NCBI RefSeq assembly: GCF_037042905.1
Contig: NC_087251.1
Span: 3,164,001 to 3,228,000 of the forward strand
DNA: 64,000 nucleotides
Source of the DNA: Lytechinus pictus
Taxonomy: Eukaryota
Direction of reading: 5' to 3'
A program made the translations under genes and the position numbers. Numbering within the stretch: the stretch's first letter is position 1; the number at the start of each line of letters is the position of its first letter. Shown here in pieces: positions 26,991-39,654 of this stretch. A model generated the notes under the pieces. The model worked only from the letters and a program-made list of their open reading frames with translations. It searched no databases and was not told where the DNA came from.

Positions 26991-29900
26991 TTAGGGTAGC
27001 GGTTCAAGGTTGTTAGAGATAAGGTTTGCCGGATCAGAGCACCATTGAAATATCTCCTCACTGATGAACTGGAAACTTTCCTTGTTATGTTTCTTATATG
27101 GTGCCTGGGGAAAAGGGATAGGAAAACGAGGATTAAACGAATCCTGTGGAAAGTGGATGTGTTCACATCTACTTCAGAACGATATACACTGATTAATGAT
27201 ATTGGCAATTCAGTAATAATCTTTATCAACATCAAGTCATTATTGTAATCATCAAGGTGTTTGAATTTCTCAGTGTAAGCTTGATATACAATATAGTGTA
27301 GACCAATTGGTTTTGAGGGTTATTTTCCTTTTTCAAATGTGGTCAATTTCCAAAATATTGAAGAAAAAATACATATGAGTCACAAAAAAATACTAGCTTT
27401 CTGTAGTTAATTAGCATTTGGCATAACTTAAACTATATGATTGAGAATGTGAAAATATATAAAATCACCTGAAGCTTTGCAGTCTTTGATTCAAGGACCT
27501 TTTCCACTATTTTTCTTGCTACGTTGGTCATGGATAGTTCACCATACCTTGTCACTGTCTGCAGACGTAAACTCCATACTCCACAGTTATTCATTCTGAA
27601 TGGATTCTTCTGCTCATTGTTAGATAGGTGATGGGATCTTCGAATTGTGAGGGATAAGAAGATAGCAGCGGCGGCCCAAATTGATGGACGGGAGTCCATG
27701 GAATGGAGCAATGGTAGGGTAAGATCCACCAGGTAGTTACACATGAAGACCAGCTTTAGATTAACAAGAAAAGACATTTAACTATATATCAACAAATACC
27801 AGAACTTTTGAAAGCAGTTAATTTCAATTATGTTCAAGTAATGCGCAAGTAGAAATCCATATTTTATTTCTTTTATGTGGGAAGAAATTATGGAACCAAC
27901 TGTTTTACAAGCTTGATTGATTTTACTTAATGTTCATTAATTTAGATTTAGTATTATTCCCTTTTTCTTATTAGTACCTGCTCAATACTTTTTTTTATAT
28001 ATATATCATTAAGAAAAAAAAACAAAGAAATGAAAAAAAGAGCAATGAGCAGTCAATGAGTCCAGTGCAGCAAAACGAAAAAAAATTCAATGTTTAAAAG
28101 ATTCCATGAGATTACCGTCTCATTCTCAATATCAGCAAGGGTGAAAAAAAGAGGCAGAAAATCAACAGCGGTGGGGAAAAAGAGACTGTATTCCAAAGTG
28201 CGTAATATCCGTGGTTCCATCTTCAGTAAATCACTCTCTTTGTAGCAACTGGCACACAACATACAAAGAGTAGACACCTAAGGAAAAAAGAGACATGATA
28301 AAATTGGATAAGCGTCAAAAGCAATTACCTCTATTATTTTTGTCTATCAACAACTGAAATGTGATGACTTGGTTACAGATAGCCATGGTGTTTTAGAAAT
28401 TACCCATGGTGGATTTCAGGCCTGGTGGATTTAATAACATCTTTCTAACTCAGGCGCGTAGCCAGGGGGGGGGCGGTGGGGGCGGTCGCCCCCCAAAAAA
28501 AACATCCCCAAAAAGAAAAAAAAAAGAACGGGAAAAAGAGAGGAAAAAAGGAAAAGCGAAGGAAGGAAAGGGAGGAAAGGTAGCTTTGTGGGTTTTTCTT
28601 TTTATTCTTTTTGTTTTTCTCAAAAGAGAAACTCATCCACTCTTGCTCTAAATTTATATATATGAATTTTGCTGTTCTCCTTTGTTTCCCTAATCCTTTC
28701 TTTAACCCTGTTTTTCCACCTCAGCTATGTGTTTGAAATGTTCAAAAGTATACATTAGGGCATGGAATTAGAGTAATAGGCCGAAGTATATGAAGTTATC
28801 TTTTTTATCACATTGATCGCGCAACTTCTGGTCGGGTCGACTCCGGGCGGGTAAAACCTTGATATCAATTTCTGCCGTCACCTCCATATAGGCAACTTCT
28901 CCCGCTTTTTCAGCTCATTACTAAACAACCATAATTTGGGGGCAAACGGTTCCTAATTTAAAAAGAGGAAGGTATAAATTTAGTGTCGTATTAAATAAAA
29001 AACAGTACAATATTTTTTTTAATCAAATTCTATTCAACTTGTCATTTCCCTAAACATTCATCTCCTGTCCTGTTTCGCGCCCTCAGTTTGAAATTTTGAA
29101 TTACACTTAAGTTTCTTAAATATTCAAAATGAAGCGCTTCAAGAGAGGTCAAAGAAATTATACATCATCCTTTTTTTTATAATATATAATGTCAATAAAT
29201 CACAGAAGTTTCAACTTTTTGCGCACTATTTTCCTTGTAATGAAGTTCAATAATCTTAGAAAATCAATTGAATTAGAGCCGATGGGGTATTAGAGATATC
29301 TGCATTTGATGAAACGTCCGCCCTTTGAAATTTCAGAGTTTCATTGCTCTGCGCGGGGAGGAATATCTTCCTCCCGGCATATATCCTTCTTCTCCTCTGT
29401 TTTGCGAGTATATATGAACTGTCGCTAAATTGTTTGTAATCAAATCTGATCTTTCCAAGGGAAGCTTTTTAATTTAACTTATAGAATACCCTTATCTCGG
29501 GACCCTTTTCTTTAGAAAAAACTTGGTGAAACGCTTTAGGCGCGGAGTAATTATTATTTTAATTTTCTCCATTTTATCCCTTTTTGTGCGTTCACAATCA
29601 CTTTTAAAAAACAAGGTTCAAAATCACAATATAGTCAACTGAATTGGAGCTGATATAGGTACTAGAGACAAGAGAGACGGCTCATTTTCATTTTAATTTA
29701 TGAAACACCGAAAGCTTCGCGCTTCGCAAGCTCCCCCTCCCTGCACCCACCCCCTAGGGAGCGCGCTTTGCGCGCTCTCTAAGTGTTGGCACGGTTGGCA
29801 CCTTTGGTTGGCACGCTTCGCGTGCATTATTTTACCGCCCCCTCCAAAATGAAATCCTGGCTACGCGGTTGTTCTAACTAGCCTGTATATCAGTATCTTA

Positions 29901-32900
29901 AATGAAATAATGAAATGTGGCAATAATATTATGAGTGTGTGTGGGTTTTTTTTCAAACCAGAAATCTGCCTTAAGCAATCCATGTATTTTCATAGTCCAT
30001 TTTTTATGTCCACTTTCTCGATTTTTAAGTTACTTTTTATAAGATTTTTACTAATATCCTACAGAAGTCTTGTTTTCTCTTTGGCCATCATTTCACTTTT
30101 TGCCTTTTGCTGTGACTTCATGCAAAGGGATCCATTCACACTCTATATAGCTTCTTAAAAACTTGTATTTATATGGATTGAATGTAATATACTTACACTG
30201 GGAACGTACACATCCTCGTACTTTGAGGCTACAAACAGACATGTGATTCCTACGAGCTGAAGCGAATGTACAGAGATAATCCGCTCCATTGCGTATGCAT
30301 CTATCAAGGCAATTGCCAAGTGTAATGTTGCATTCTCAAGTTCAAGATGAGCCTGAAATGAATGAATGAAAATACAGTCAAACCTGTTTTAATGACCACC
30401 TGTATGAAAGGAGCATCCGTGGATAAAGCCCACCAGTTTGTTTTCCCTTTGGAATCTGTATTACTGGAAGCTGATTATGAACCCCTTGGATGGAGGAGGG
30501 CCGCACAAAATGATTTCTAGGACAACTCCCCTTGCAAACAACTGGAGAGTTGTCTCCTTTGTATGAGATGTTCTTTGAGGCATTCATCTCCTCTTATTTT
30601 CTCCCCCCTCATTTTTTCAAAAAAATATGTAGCAGGTCGCCCACCGCCCACTGTGGCACAGAGCAAAAGCTATTTACACTGACAAAATAAATGAACATTG
30701 TTTTGTTATACTTATCTTAAAGTCAGTGCAATGTGAAAAACCGTTTGATTACTTTGGGGGGCATTTTTGTAAATTCTGTTGCATAGTATATACCTTTGAT
30801 AGTTTGACAGTTTTTGAGATTTATTGCGATTCAATAAATCAAAAACAAAATAAGTATGCCTTCAACTTGATTGAATCAACATCGTGCAAAGAAATGAAAA
30901 GTAACTGGTAAACTATCACTGAATTTACTATGGAAGCTTAAAAGTGCCACTCAGATGTTCAGATAATAATCTTGTTATGTCTACATCCCTTAGAATAAAT
31001 GGCCAGATCTCGTCATGTCTGCATCCCGTGGGAGAGATTATCAGATGGCAAGATCTTGGATCTCGTCATGTCTACATCTTGTGGGAGAGATGATGAGATG
31101 ACAAGATCTTGGATCTCATCATGTCTACATCCTGTGGAGGAGATGATCAGATGACAAAATCTTGGATTTCGTCATGTCTACATCCCATGGGAGAGATGAT
31201 GAGATGACAAGATCTTGGATCTCGTCATGTCTACATCCTGTGGAGGAGATGATCAGATGACAAAATCTTGGATTTCGTCATGTCTACATCCCATGGGAGA
31301 GATGATGAGATGACAAGATCTTGGATCTCGTCATGTCTACATCTTGTGGGAGAGATGATGAGATGACAAGATCTTGGATCTCATCATGGGATGTAGACAT
31401 GACGAGATCCAAGATCTTGTCATCTCGTCATATTTTTCAAGGATTGTAGACATGACGAGATGATTATCTGAACATCTGGGTGGCACTGTTAAGCTTCCAT
31501 AATTAACTACCCGTTTTCCCCCAATATAGGGAGTCTATACTAACTTGTACATCTGTAAGCCAATCTATTAATACTTCACGATGTAACGGCTGTACGGAAG
31601 ATCGACTCGCTTCTCTGCTCATATCAAGCAATGTTTCTCTCTCCTGAATTCAGATGAAAATGATGGACATAAACATTATATGTACATATTTCGTCACCAA
31701 TTAATTTGTCATTTTGTGGAACAAAATGGTAATTGTATTAGGACCATGAAAGCAAGACGGATCAATAGCGCTATTTTATACATTCATTAGGTCTCGGGGG
31801 GGGGGGGGCGGGCTGCCCCCCCCTGGCAAAAGAGCTGGATTCGCCCTTGTTTATAGTTCATAATTATTCTCTTAAAACGATAAAAATGAGCTGTCGGCAG
31901 TCGCTTTCTTTCTTTCAAGTGGAAGGATTACTGCTAGAATTTACCAGAATTTTACAACTTCGAATTTCAATTTTCAAACCTCTCGCTGGCTACGTTCACT
32001 TGCAGAGTAATTAAAACTATATTCTATCATTAATAAATCCCTCAAACGGTTTTTTCAGTATGATTATTAAGAAACACACAGCTATTTCAGGCAAAAAGTA
32101 TAATCTGATGAGATTACGTTTGCACCCAATTGCCTAATTTTAAAATATAAGTTCCCTTTTTACTCCCCCTAAACAAAAGGTCTTTTGTTTAACGTAGGCA
32201 TACAGCGTAAAAAATGTTACAGTCACCTTTTTCTTGCATCATTTATTAACTGGGTGTGCCATAAATCACATTGCCGCCCTTGATAAAACCAAATAACTTT
32301 GAACACCTCTACTACGATCTATTTGACTTTTCTTTAAATATTTAATCTTAAATTTCAAGTTTGAGTTGACAGGTATTTTATGAAGATTCTAAAGAGACCT
32401 ACGTTATAGCCCGAATCAGGTAATTCTTTCGAATTTAGATAAGAGAGAGTATATACTTTATACATTTATTGATTCAACAATCATCTTTGATTTTTTTTTA
32501 GATTTAAAAATCAATGTACATATGCCTAATAAGACTGTTGGTGGGTAGCAAACTCCAATCCACAATTATATTATTAATTACATGTATATAAAGATCGACT
32601 TCTACATCTATCAGATCTAAACTAGTAAACTGACACGTTCCCCAAAATTAATTTTGCTCTTACAAAAATGTTTACCCACCGGTTTATTTCGCCAGTTGTC
32701 AAGTTTGCTTCCACCTGCTAACAGCCAATGACAAAAACGTCGGGAGAAAAAATATGACCGCCCGTCCATTATTCTTACCTTTAGATATGCAACAATATCC
32801 TCATGGTAGTCGTAATCTTGCACAGACGGGTCAAAGAACTTGTCGACATTTTTCTGTCGCATCAGGAAGGCCATATCATCATCGCTGATTTGCACTTAAA

Positions 32901-34477
32901 TAGATAAAGAATATGAAATCTATATTCATATTTTTGTCATCATCAGTAGCGGACCGTGACCCGGAGGAGACAAAGCATTGGAGGGGCACTGTATTGTTTG
33001 TGAACAATGCTGTGCCCCCCCCCCCCCCAATGCTTTGTCTCCTCCGGGTCACGGTCCGCCACTGATCATCATCATCATCATGACCACCACCACCACCACC
33101 ATCATCTTAATAAATCATGATTCTCTTATATTCAGTAGAAAATTCACTTGCTATTCGACAAGGGCGGATGTTCAGTGCCGCTCGGTTCAGTTAGATTGTT
33201 TTGTCATCGTAAAAAACAACATTCAAGAATAACAAGACATTTTGGAGAAAAACGGAAACCACAAAATAAATCATTAAAGAAATCATGAGAATAAATAATT
33301 TCGAGTGACTAGACATGAATGTAAAGTTTGTAATAAAATAAATATATATTTATTCAGAGCACCAATAAATAACAGCTGATAATAGGGAAGGTGAAAGGCA
33401 ATTTAGACTCCCTTCCTTTGCATATTCACTACGATGTCAAGAATGAACTAATGAGGGCAGTGGCGTACCTAGGATTTTCCACAGGGGGGGGGGGCAAATT
33501 CGTCCGCCAAAAAAATTGACAAGCAAAAAAAAAAGGTCTTCAACCACAAATAAAGGATCTCGTCCGCCAAAAAATTTGACAAGCAAAAAATAAGGTCTTC
33601 AACCACAAATTTCGTAACAGAAAAAAATTTGACGAGCAAAAAAAAAAAAGGTCTTCTATCACAAATAAAGTATTTCGTAACAACAAAAAAAATTTGACAA
33701 GCAAAAAAAAAAAGTCTTCAAGACTCGTCAGGGGGCAGGGATATGTCCCTTCCATGGTTTGTGACTCGTCAGGGGGGGCAGTCTGCCCCCTCTGCCCCCC
33801 CCCGTATGTACGCTAGTGAATGAGGGGCAGGGAGAGGGGTTGCAGTGGCCGAACCAGGATTTTCTTAATCATTGTCAGTGGCGATCGGAAATTGTTTAAA
33901 TTGATTTGAATATTTTTTTACTAAGATTTTATTTTGTGTGTCTCTCCTGTGATTTTTGTTTTGTATTGCTTTTTCCTTTTAACCATCTTATTTGCCTTTT
34001 TTCTTCTTTTTTTCTTCTCTCTCTCTTTCTTTGTCTTTTACTTCTTATTTTGCATTTTGTCTTTTTCTTTCTACTTTTTGTTCTTTTTATCGAACTCTTG
34101 AGGGGGCAGCCCCCCTCAGGAGCACTAGTGATCCTAATCACAATCCTTATTTTAAATATAATTTATCACCATCACCGCCATAGAGGGAAGAAACATTGCC
34201 ATCCTCACTGTCATCAACATTGTCAGTACTTTTATATTTTTTGTTGTTGCTATCCTGAACAATATTATTGTGAAATACATTTACCTGTCGGCACTCCATT
34301 TGATTTGACCCTTTTTCGCTCTCTCCAAACTTGTCCTTTGGCATGTTTGGCTACAGTCACCCTCTTCCTTGTAACTTGTCTTGCTCTATTCTCCTTGTCC
34401 ATCGTCTTGTCCACGTCATGTTTGTAGACCCTGCCACTAACACGCGGTCTTAATACTCTTGTAGGGCGATCCATCAT
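26991..34477 (-). CDS. Divergent cyclin of the A/B class, 7 coding exons, ~374 aa
   Basis: Exons 34477-34285, 32894-32779, 31643-31545, 30352-30197, 28277-28116, 27753-27469, 27104-26991; all GT/AG and in phase, 1125 nt. Cyclin box: YHEDIVAYLKERE, HREVLIDWLTDVQ, TLHLAIALID, LQLVGITCLFVASKYED, LLKMEPRILRTLEYSLFFPT, NYLVDL, PSIWAAAA, LQ|APYKKH. In-frame stop upstream of ATG 34477; probable non-coding exon ending at 34608. Confidence 0.88.
28451..29871. mobile_element. hAT-like non-autonomous element in cyclin intron
   Basis: Ends caggcgcgtagccagg / cctggctacgcggttg; 8 bp TSD ttctaact at 28443-28450 and 29872-29879. Confidence 0.8.
30930..31500. mobile_element. TIR element carrying an internal 53-54 bp minisatellite
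   Basis: TIR atggaagcttaaaagtgccactcagatgttcagataat / attatctgaacatctgggtggcactgttaagcttccat; flanks aatttact / aattaact (7 of 8); ~7 forward copies of gatcttggatctcgtcatgtctacatc...gatgacaa, then inverted copies. Confidence 0.8.
32944..33064. mobile_element. 121 bp hairpin MITE (hAT-like)
   Basis: Near-perfect arms cagtagcggaccgtgacccggaggagacaaagcattgg / ccaatgctttgtctcctccgggtcacggtccgccactg; flanks gtcatcat / atcatcat. Confidence 0.8.
33458..33818. mobile_element. hAT-like MITE with internal ~50-60 bp tandem repeats
   Basis: Ends cagtggcgtac / gtacgctagtg; 8 bp TSD aatgaggg at 33450-33457 and 33819-33826; internal repeats of aaaaatttgacaagcaaaaaaaaggtcttc. Confidence 0.8.
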
Positions 34478-34621
34478 CAAACCTCTTCCTTGATATCTTT
34501 AGGAGATTGGCGGTTAACTGTGGTATATAGGAAATTAAACAAAATCAGAGCATATCATTATTTATATTTGTTACACAATTATGTTTTCTAAAAAATCACA
34601 TCCTCACTGACAAATGAAGAG

Positions 34622-34770
34622 CGCCAATATCACCCGATCTGTATGAAACGATCACAGACACAATGAAGTTCTAATGCGATGAAATGTTTTCCGCACGCGG
34701 CGTGCCGTGTCGTCAGCCGCATGTTAAATAACGCACTGTGATTGGCTGGCGAGATGGGACCACGTGATAT
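34622..34770 (-). promoter_or_regulatory. Probable cyclin promoter / TSS region
   Basis: CpG-richer patch with CCAAT box (gattggc 34740-34746) and E-box cacgtg near 34761, just upstream of a candidate 5' UTR exon donor. Confidence 0.4.
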
Positions 34771-35688
34771 ACAACAAAGAGCGCCGTTTTAATCTCAATA
34801 GAAAAATTGCGAAGTACTCGATGTTCATTTGACCGAGACCGCCACAGTGGAGCGGTAATTTTTTTTAAGGACAATACACAAACTGCCGTACGGATGTAAG
34901 AATTGAATACGATAAAATCCCAAGGTAGATCACTATACTCACACAGTACAGAGTATAAAAGAAAAAAATCTTTGAAGCTAAATGCTTTTGCAACAACTGC
35001 ATAACAAGCAACGTACCCAGTTAGGATTACAAATCTCAGTTCACTAAACGAACAATGACATAGACCTATATCTCGTCGATGGCCCAGAGCAGGAATAAGA
35101 AGGAGCTAGCTGTAACGCATACGCATTATCATCGTGTTCTAAAGCGTAACAATGGGGAACAATGGGATTTTTAACATTCCTCTTGGATTGGTTGGTTGGA
35201 TTTAGAGATGATGGCGCTATATATTCTATCGATATGGATGATTTACCCCAGGCTATGCGAGAGGGGTTTTCTCCATCTCCATGTACAGTATCGTTGTCTT
35301 TTTGGACCTGCTATATACTTAGTTGCACTTTTTTTTTTTGGGGGGGGTCGTTATTATTTGGCAACCAGTCAATGTGAAAGTTTCGCCATTATAAATATTT
35401 TTCAAATTGCTATGTTATCTTGAAAAAATATATATCTTTTAATGAAATAATAAAATAGTTATTTCTTTTATTTTTACTTTCTCTTTTCTTCTCTTCATTT
35501 TTCTTCTTCTTTTTGAATACCGGTACTTGGATTTGAAGTCATGAAGGTGTGTCTCAATATAAAATCTAGGGCTTTTAATTAGTACGTAGACAGGCTAGAA
35601 AACTTAGGAGGGAGATGATAGAGAAAGGAAGAAGGAAATCGCAGCTCCAATCCTACGCCCTCATCGAAGTATGGGATACGTCTGTACA

Positions 35689-35887
35689 ACTGGGCGTTGT
35701 GGTGTGCGCCTGTAATCCAAGCTACGTGGGGAAGTTACAAATTGATGCAGAGGTTCGAGGTTCGAACCCTGGTCACGTCTATCGGATGGTGACGTTAAAG
35801 GTCGGTCCCAGACGTAAATAATCATATCTGATTGATACACGTCTGACAAAAACTCAAATACATAACACACACACCCACACACACACA
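35689..35887 (+). mobile_element. Candidate SINE with 7SL (Alu-domain) head, tRNA-type B box and (CA)n tail
   Basis: actgggcgttgtggtgtgcgcctgtaatccaagctac resembles the 5' end of metazoan 7SL RNA; ggttcgaaccc at 35759-35769; CA-rich tail ~35865-35887; no S-domain sequence follows. Confidence 0.6.
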
Positions 35888-36280
35888 CCCCGGTTGATGT
35901 GAATATCAACGTTGGTGAAGTCTCGATCTTTCCCGGAAACAAGACGCCTTTGAATATTTCCTACTTTTGGAGACAAGCCGTTGTAGGATGGAGTGTGAGT
36001 TTGGGAGAAAAAAAAGGATACATTCATCTATGCATGCATAATTATTTATACATATATACTTATATATTTCATCATAATTATATAATTTATTTTTAATCAA
36101 ATTTAAGGAACTATAAAGTAAGGCAAATTAATCCGAAGGTTATATTAGGAAAATTAGTTATGAATTATGGTGTTTTCTTGAGCCTCTTTCGGGTCTTGCT
36201 CAATACTTATTGACACTATAATATATATACATGGATATATTGTTCACAATTTTTTAAAACATAATATAATTTTGCTTATA

Positions 36281-37531
36281 CAGTGCGTATCAATAAAAAC
36301 TTTACACTTTGAAAAAGTCCTGGGATTGAAAATATATATAACATGGGGATTATTTTTTTTTCACATATATTCTTTGGTTTGAGTCTCATCTAACAAATGA
36401 AAGTGAACGTTTGACAGAATGTTACACTCAAGTGAGCACTGTCCATTTTTTTGTAAAGCTCGCAGAAATTAGTTTGCGCAGAAATGCTAATTTTCACGCT
36501 GTGACAAGTAAAGAGGGCGAAAACAAACTGACCGTACGGTACATTTCTTATACATTTCTTTTAGATGTTTAGCCTATTGAAACAAAAGATAACACATTTT
36601 AAGCATTCTGTAACAGCTTTGCCACCCAAATGAATATTCAACCCTATAGGTAAGCACAACTTGTACCTGTTTTTGTGCCATCTGGATCTGAGGACATAAC
36701 TGAATGTAAACAAAAGTTTATTTCAGACATCTCCAGCCTTTTTTCACTAAGTCAGGTTTTTTATCATTTAAAGTGGGTTTACATTTCATATTTCATTAAT
36801 ACTTGTTTCTATACGCACATTCTACGAAGCTTGACAATAATTTACAGAAGATAAAGCAAGCCTAAGCCATGTCATGTTAATCACAGCTCCGTGTAAAACA
36901 GTTATCATCACAATTACCTCGGTGTGTCGGAAAGGGGCGTGGTGCAATGGCCCTCCTTGAAGTATTCTGGGCAAGGACCCCGGGCAAGGACACAAGTTAA
37001 AAAAGGTAAAAGATATCTTCAAGTCAATCTTCCTAGCTAAAGTCCATGTGTTCTTTATGGTTACCATCCACTTTTAGGGGGTGTTGCAAGAAAATATTTG
37101 CAATCAATCGCAAATATTCTGTTGCAATTTTACAATTGATTGATCACTTTTACCTTTATCAAATCAGATATACACTCCTTGTTTCATGGAGCAGATTACC
37201 AATCAATCGCAAATTTGCAATTAATTGCACGGCATATGCTTGATTTCGGGAAGGAAAATAGACTTGCAATTGATCGCAAGTTTCTTGCAACGCCCCATTA
37301 GTCATACAACTATTTCAAATTCTGCGCAAATCATTTTTTTTTCACAAACTTTCCAAAAGTAAGTAGTGCTCGATCACTCAAGCGGAAAGATTTTTCGACA
37401 GTTATAATATCTTATCGTCATTTACCTAAAGAGATCTGCATCAATGTTTTAAGGTGGAAAAATTAGGGATACTACAAATATAATTTCACAAGGATTTTAT
37501 TTTTAGTGTAAACTATTTTTGACACGCACTG
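36281..37531. mobile_element. Tc1/mariner-like MITE, copy 2
   Basis: TA|cagtgcgtatcaa...ttgacacgcactg|TA; colinear with 20431-21416 apart from an insertion at 37077-37297. Confidence 0.8.
37077..37297. mobile_element. PIF/Harbinger-like MITE nested in the Tc1-like MITE
   Basis: TIR gggggtgttgcaagaaa / tttcttgcaacgcccca; 3 bp TSD tta at 37074-37076 and 37298-37300; absent from copy 1 of the host. Confidence 0.75.
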
Positions 37532-39654
37532 TAGAGTCTATTTTATATGTGTTCATTCCTACCTGCATACCCAGTCCTATCCCATTTCAAACGAACACGT
37601 TCCTTCATCATACCAATGCAGGCTTATAAACCATAGGCTCGGATCCCGGATCCAGGAAGGGGGGGGGGGTCGAAACACCGTGGCGCTCGCATTTTCTGTT
37701 TAATGACTTACATAATCGAGGAATAACGCTTTAAACTTTCCGTTTAAATGTCAATATACAACCAAAAAAAGTGTTCTCGTTTCGAGCTTTGATTATTTTG
37801 TTTAGTGAGATACACATCTTGTTCATGATTTAATAAAAGTGGTAAAGATAATTATTCCACACTTTTCATTTTTAAATTAAAGATATGTACATCTCGCGTT
37901 ACGCGCTCGCAAAATTTGATTTGTGAGATACACGCTCTTCATGATTTCCTTCAAACAGTCTTTAGGTACCCTTTTCAAGTCTGAATATCAGGTCACACTT
38001 CGCTATCACAATATTTGAGATACTTACCCTGTTCATGATTACAAAAAATGCATGCTTAAAATTTCCTGGCGTCAGGTTTAAATCTGACCTAATTTCATCT
38101 CGTGCTTGGCGCTTGCATTATTTATCTTTTTTTTTAATACGTACATACCAAATAGTGCTAAAACCCTTTAAAAATATAATTATGGGTCAATGAAACTTAT
38201 CGCGCTCCGCGTTCGCATTGTTTGTTCCCAACAGCATGCATAAGATAAGTACGTGACATGATTACAAAAAGTGCTTGAAATATCCTTTTTTCAGATCTGA
38301 TTGTTTATTTTTAAAAATAATAAAAATTCATCTCGTGCTTCTCACTCTCGTTATTTGATTATTGAGATACGTTTCATTTTAGTTGAGAAATGTTCCTTTT
38401 TCAGGCCGGTATACATTGTATATCGAGCGCGCTATAGCGTTCGATAAAGGGCTTTCACAAAACTGCTCGTGCGATTATTATTTTGGTCACAATCAGTGGT
38501 GACACCAAGGGGGGCACGGGGGCATTCCCCCAGTCAGGATTTTTGCCCCCCCCTCGCTCCCAGAAATTTTGAAAACAGACAAAAAGGAGTAATAAATATT
38601 GACATAAGCATCCTACTCGAGCTGTAAAGCGTGCTCCAAAACAGCATTTTTACTTTACAAACTTTGAAAAAATTTCCATAGCTCCCAACAATATTAGTCG
38701 CTAACAGATAAATCTGTCAAGTCATTATATAAAATTCAATAGGACAACTTGGTTGTTCAAGTCAATATTCGCATATTGTTCTTCTTTTGATCGAATTTTC
38801 ATTATTTGTTTTAGCGAGATACGCATCCTGCATTATCATAATTACAAAAAGACAGTTTCGGGCTCACACTAATTATTGTTTAGTTAGATACCAATCCTAT
38901 TCATGGTAACAAAAAAAATGCTTAGAACGTCCAGTTATCATATCAGGATATTATCAAACAGTAAAACAGGTCCCTTTTCAAGTCATAGGGCCTATATCCA
39001 AAAGCGCTTCGCGCTCGATTTTGTGACATGCAAAAAATTTGTGTCCGCCCCCCAAAAGTTCTTTTGCTCCTACTAAAAAAATCCTGTTGATTTTCTCAAG
39101 TCTTGGAGAACTGCGCCGTGTATACGCAGAAAAAAGTGATTTGATAAGACTTATATAGAAATGAAAGACAAATAGAGAGCTAGGCTCAGGAAGAGGGCGG
39201 GATACAATGTATCACAAGACTGTCTATTTGTTATTTACAAACAAAGTACGTTTGACACGAAGCTCATGCAAGAAATGGAGAGAGCAGGGGCCGCGGAAAC
39301 GTAAAAATGAGCATAATTATGATTGTGATTTTTTGCATGGTCAACCCCCCACAGTTTTGGCTCAGCCCCCCCCCCCCCTTGAAAACCGTTCCGCGGCCCC
39401 TGGAGAGTAGTAGTGAAGTTTTGGAAGCTGAAGCACTGACGTACAGGTATTCTAGTTCCTGGGGTGGAGGCAGTCAGATATATCGCTGTACAAAATGCGT
39501 GACCAAAAAAAAACCGCAAAAAAAAACCACGTGTTTTCTTCAGTTTTGGACTCGGGCCGCGCGTGCACTCGTTAAGGGTGTCAAAACACCGATTTAAAAA
39601 AAAGTGGTTTTGAAAGACTGGTCAATGGTCAATCGCAGCAGGGCCTTGGGGACG

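Noticed and set aside
30970..31470. CRISPR-like array
   Set aside because: Units are contiguous tandem repeats without unique spacers, there are no cas genes, and the context is eukaryotic.
34147..34260. Extra acidic cyclin exon (DSNNKKYKSTDNVDDSEDG)
   Set aside because: Would need a ~30 nt intron and has no suitable donor; exon 1 joins 32894 in phase without it.
33906..34427. 173 aa hydrophobic ORF on the + strand, and the overlapping short ORFs
   Set aside because: Low-complexity T-rich intron sequence antisense to cyclin exon 1; no domain signal.
35689..35990. A functional 7SL (SRP RNA) gene or a tRNA gene
   Set aside because: 7SL similarity ends after ~45 nt with no S domain or 3' Alu strand, and no cloverleaf can be built.
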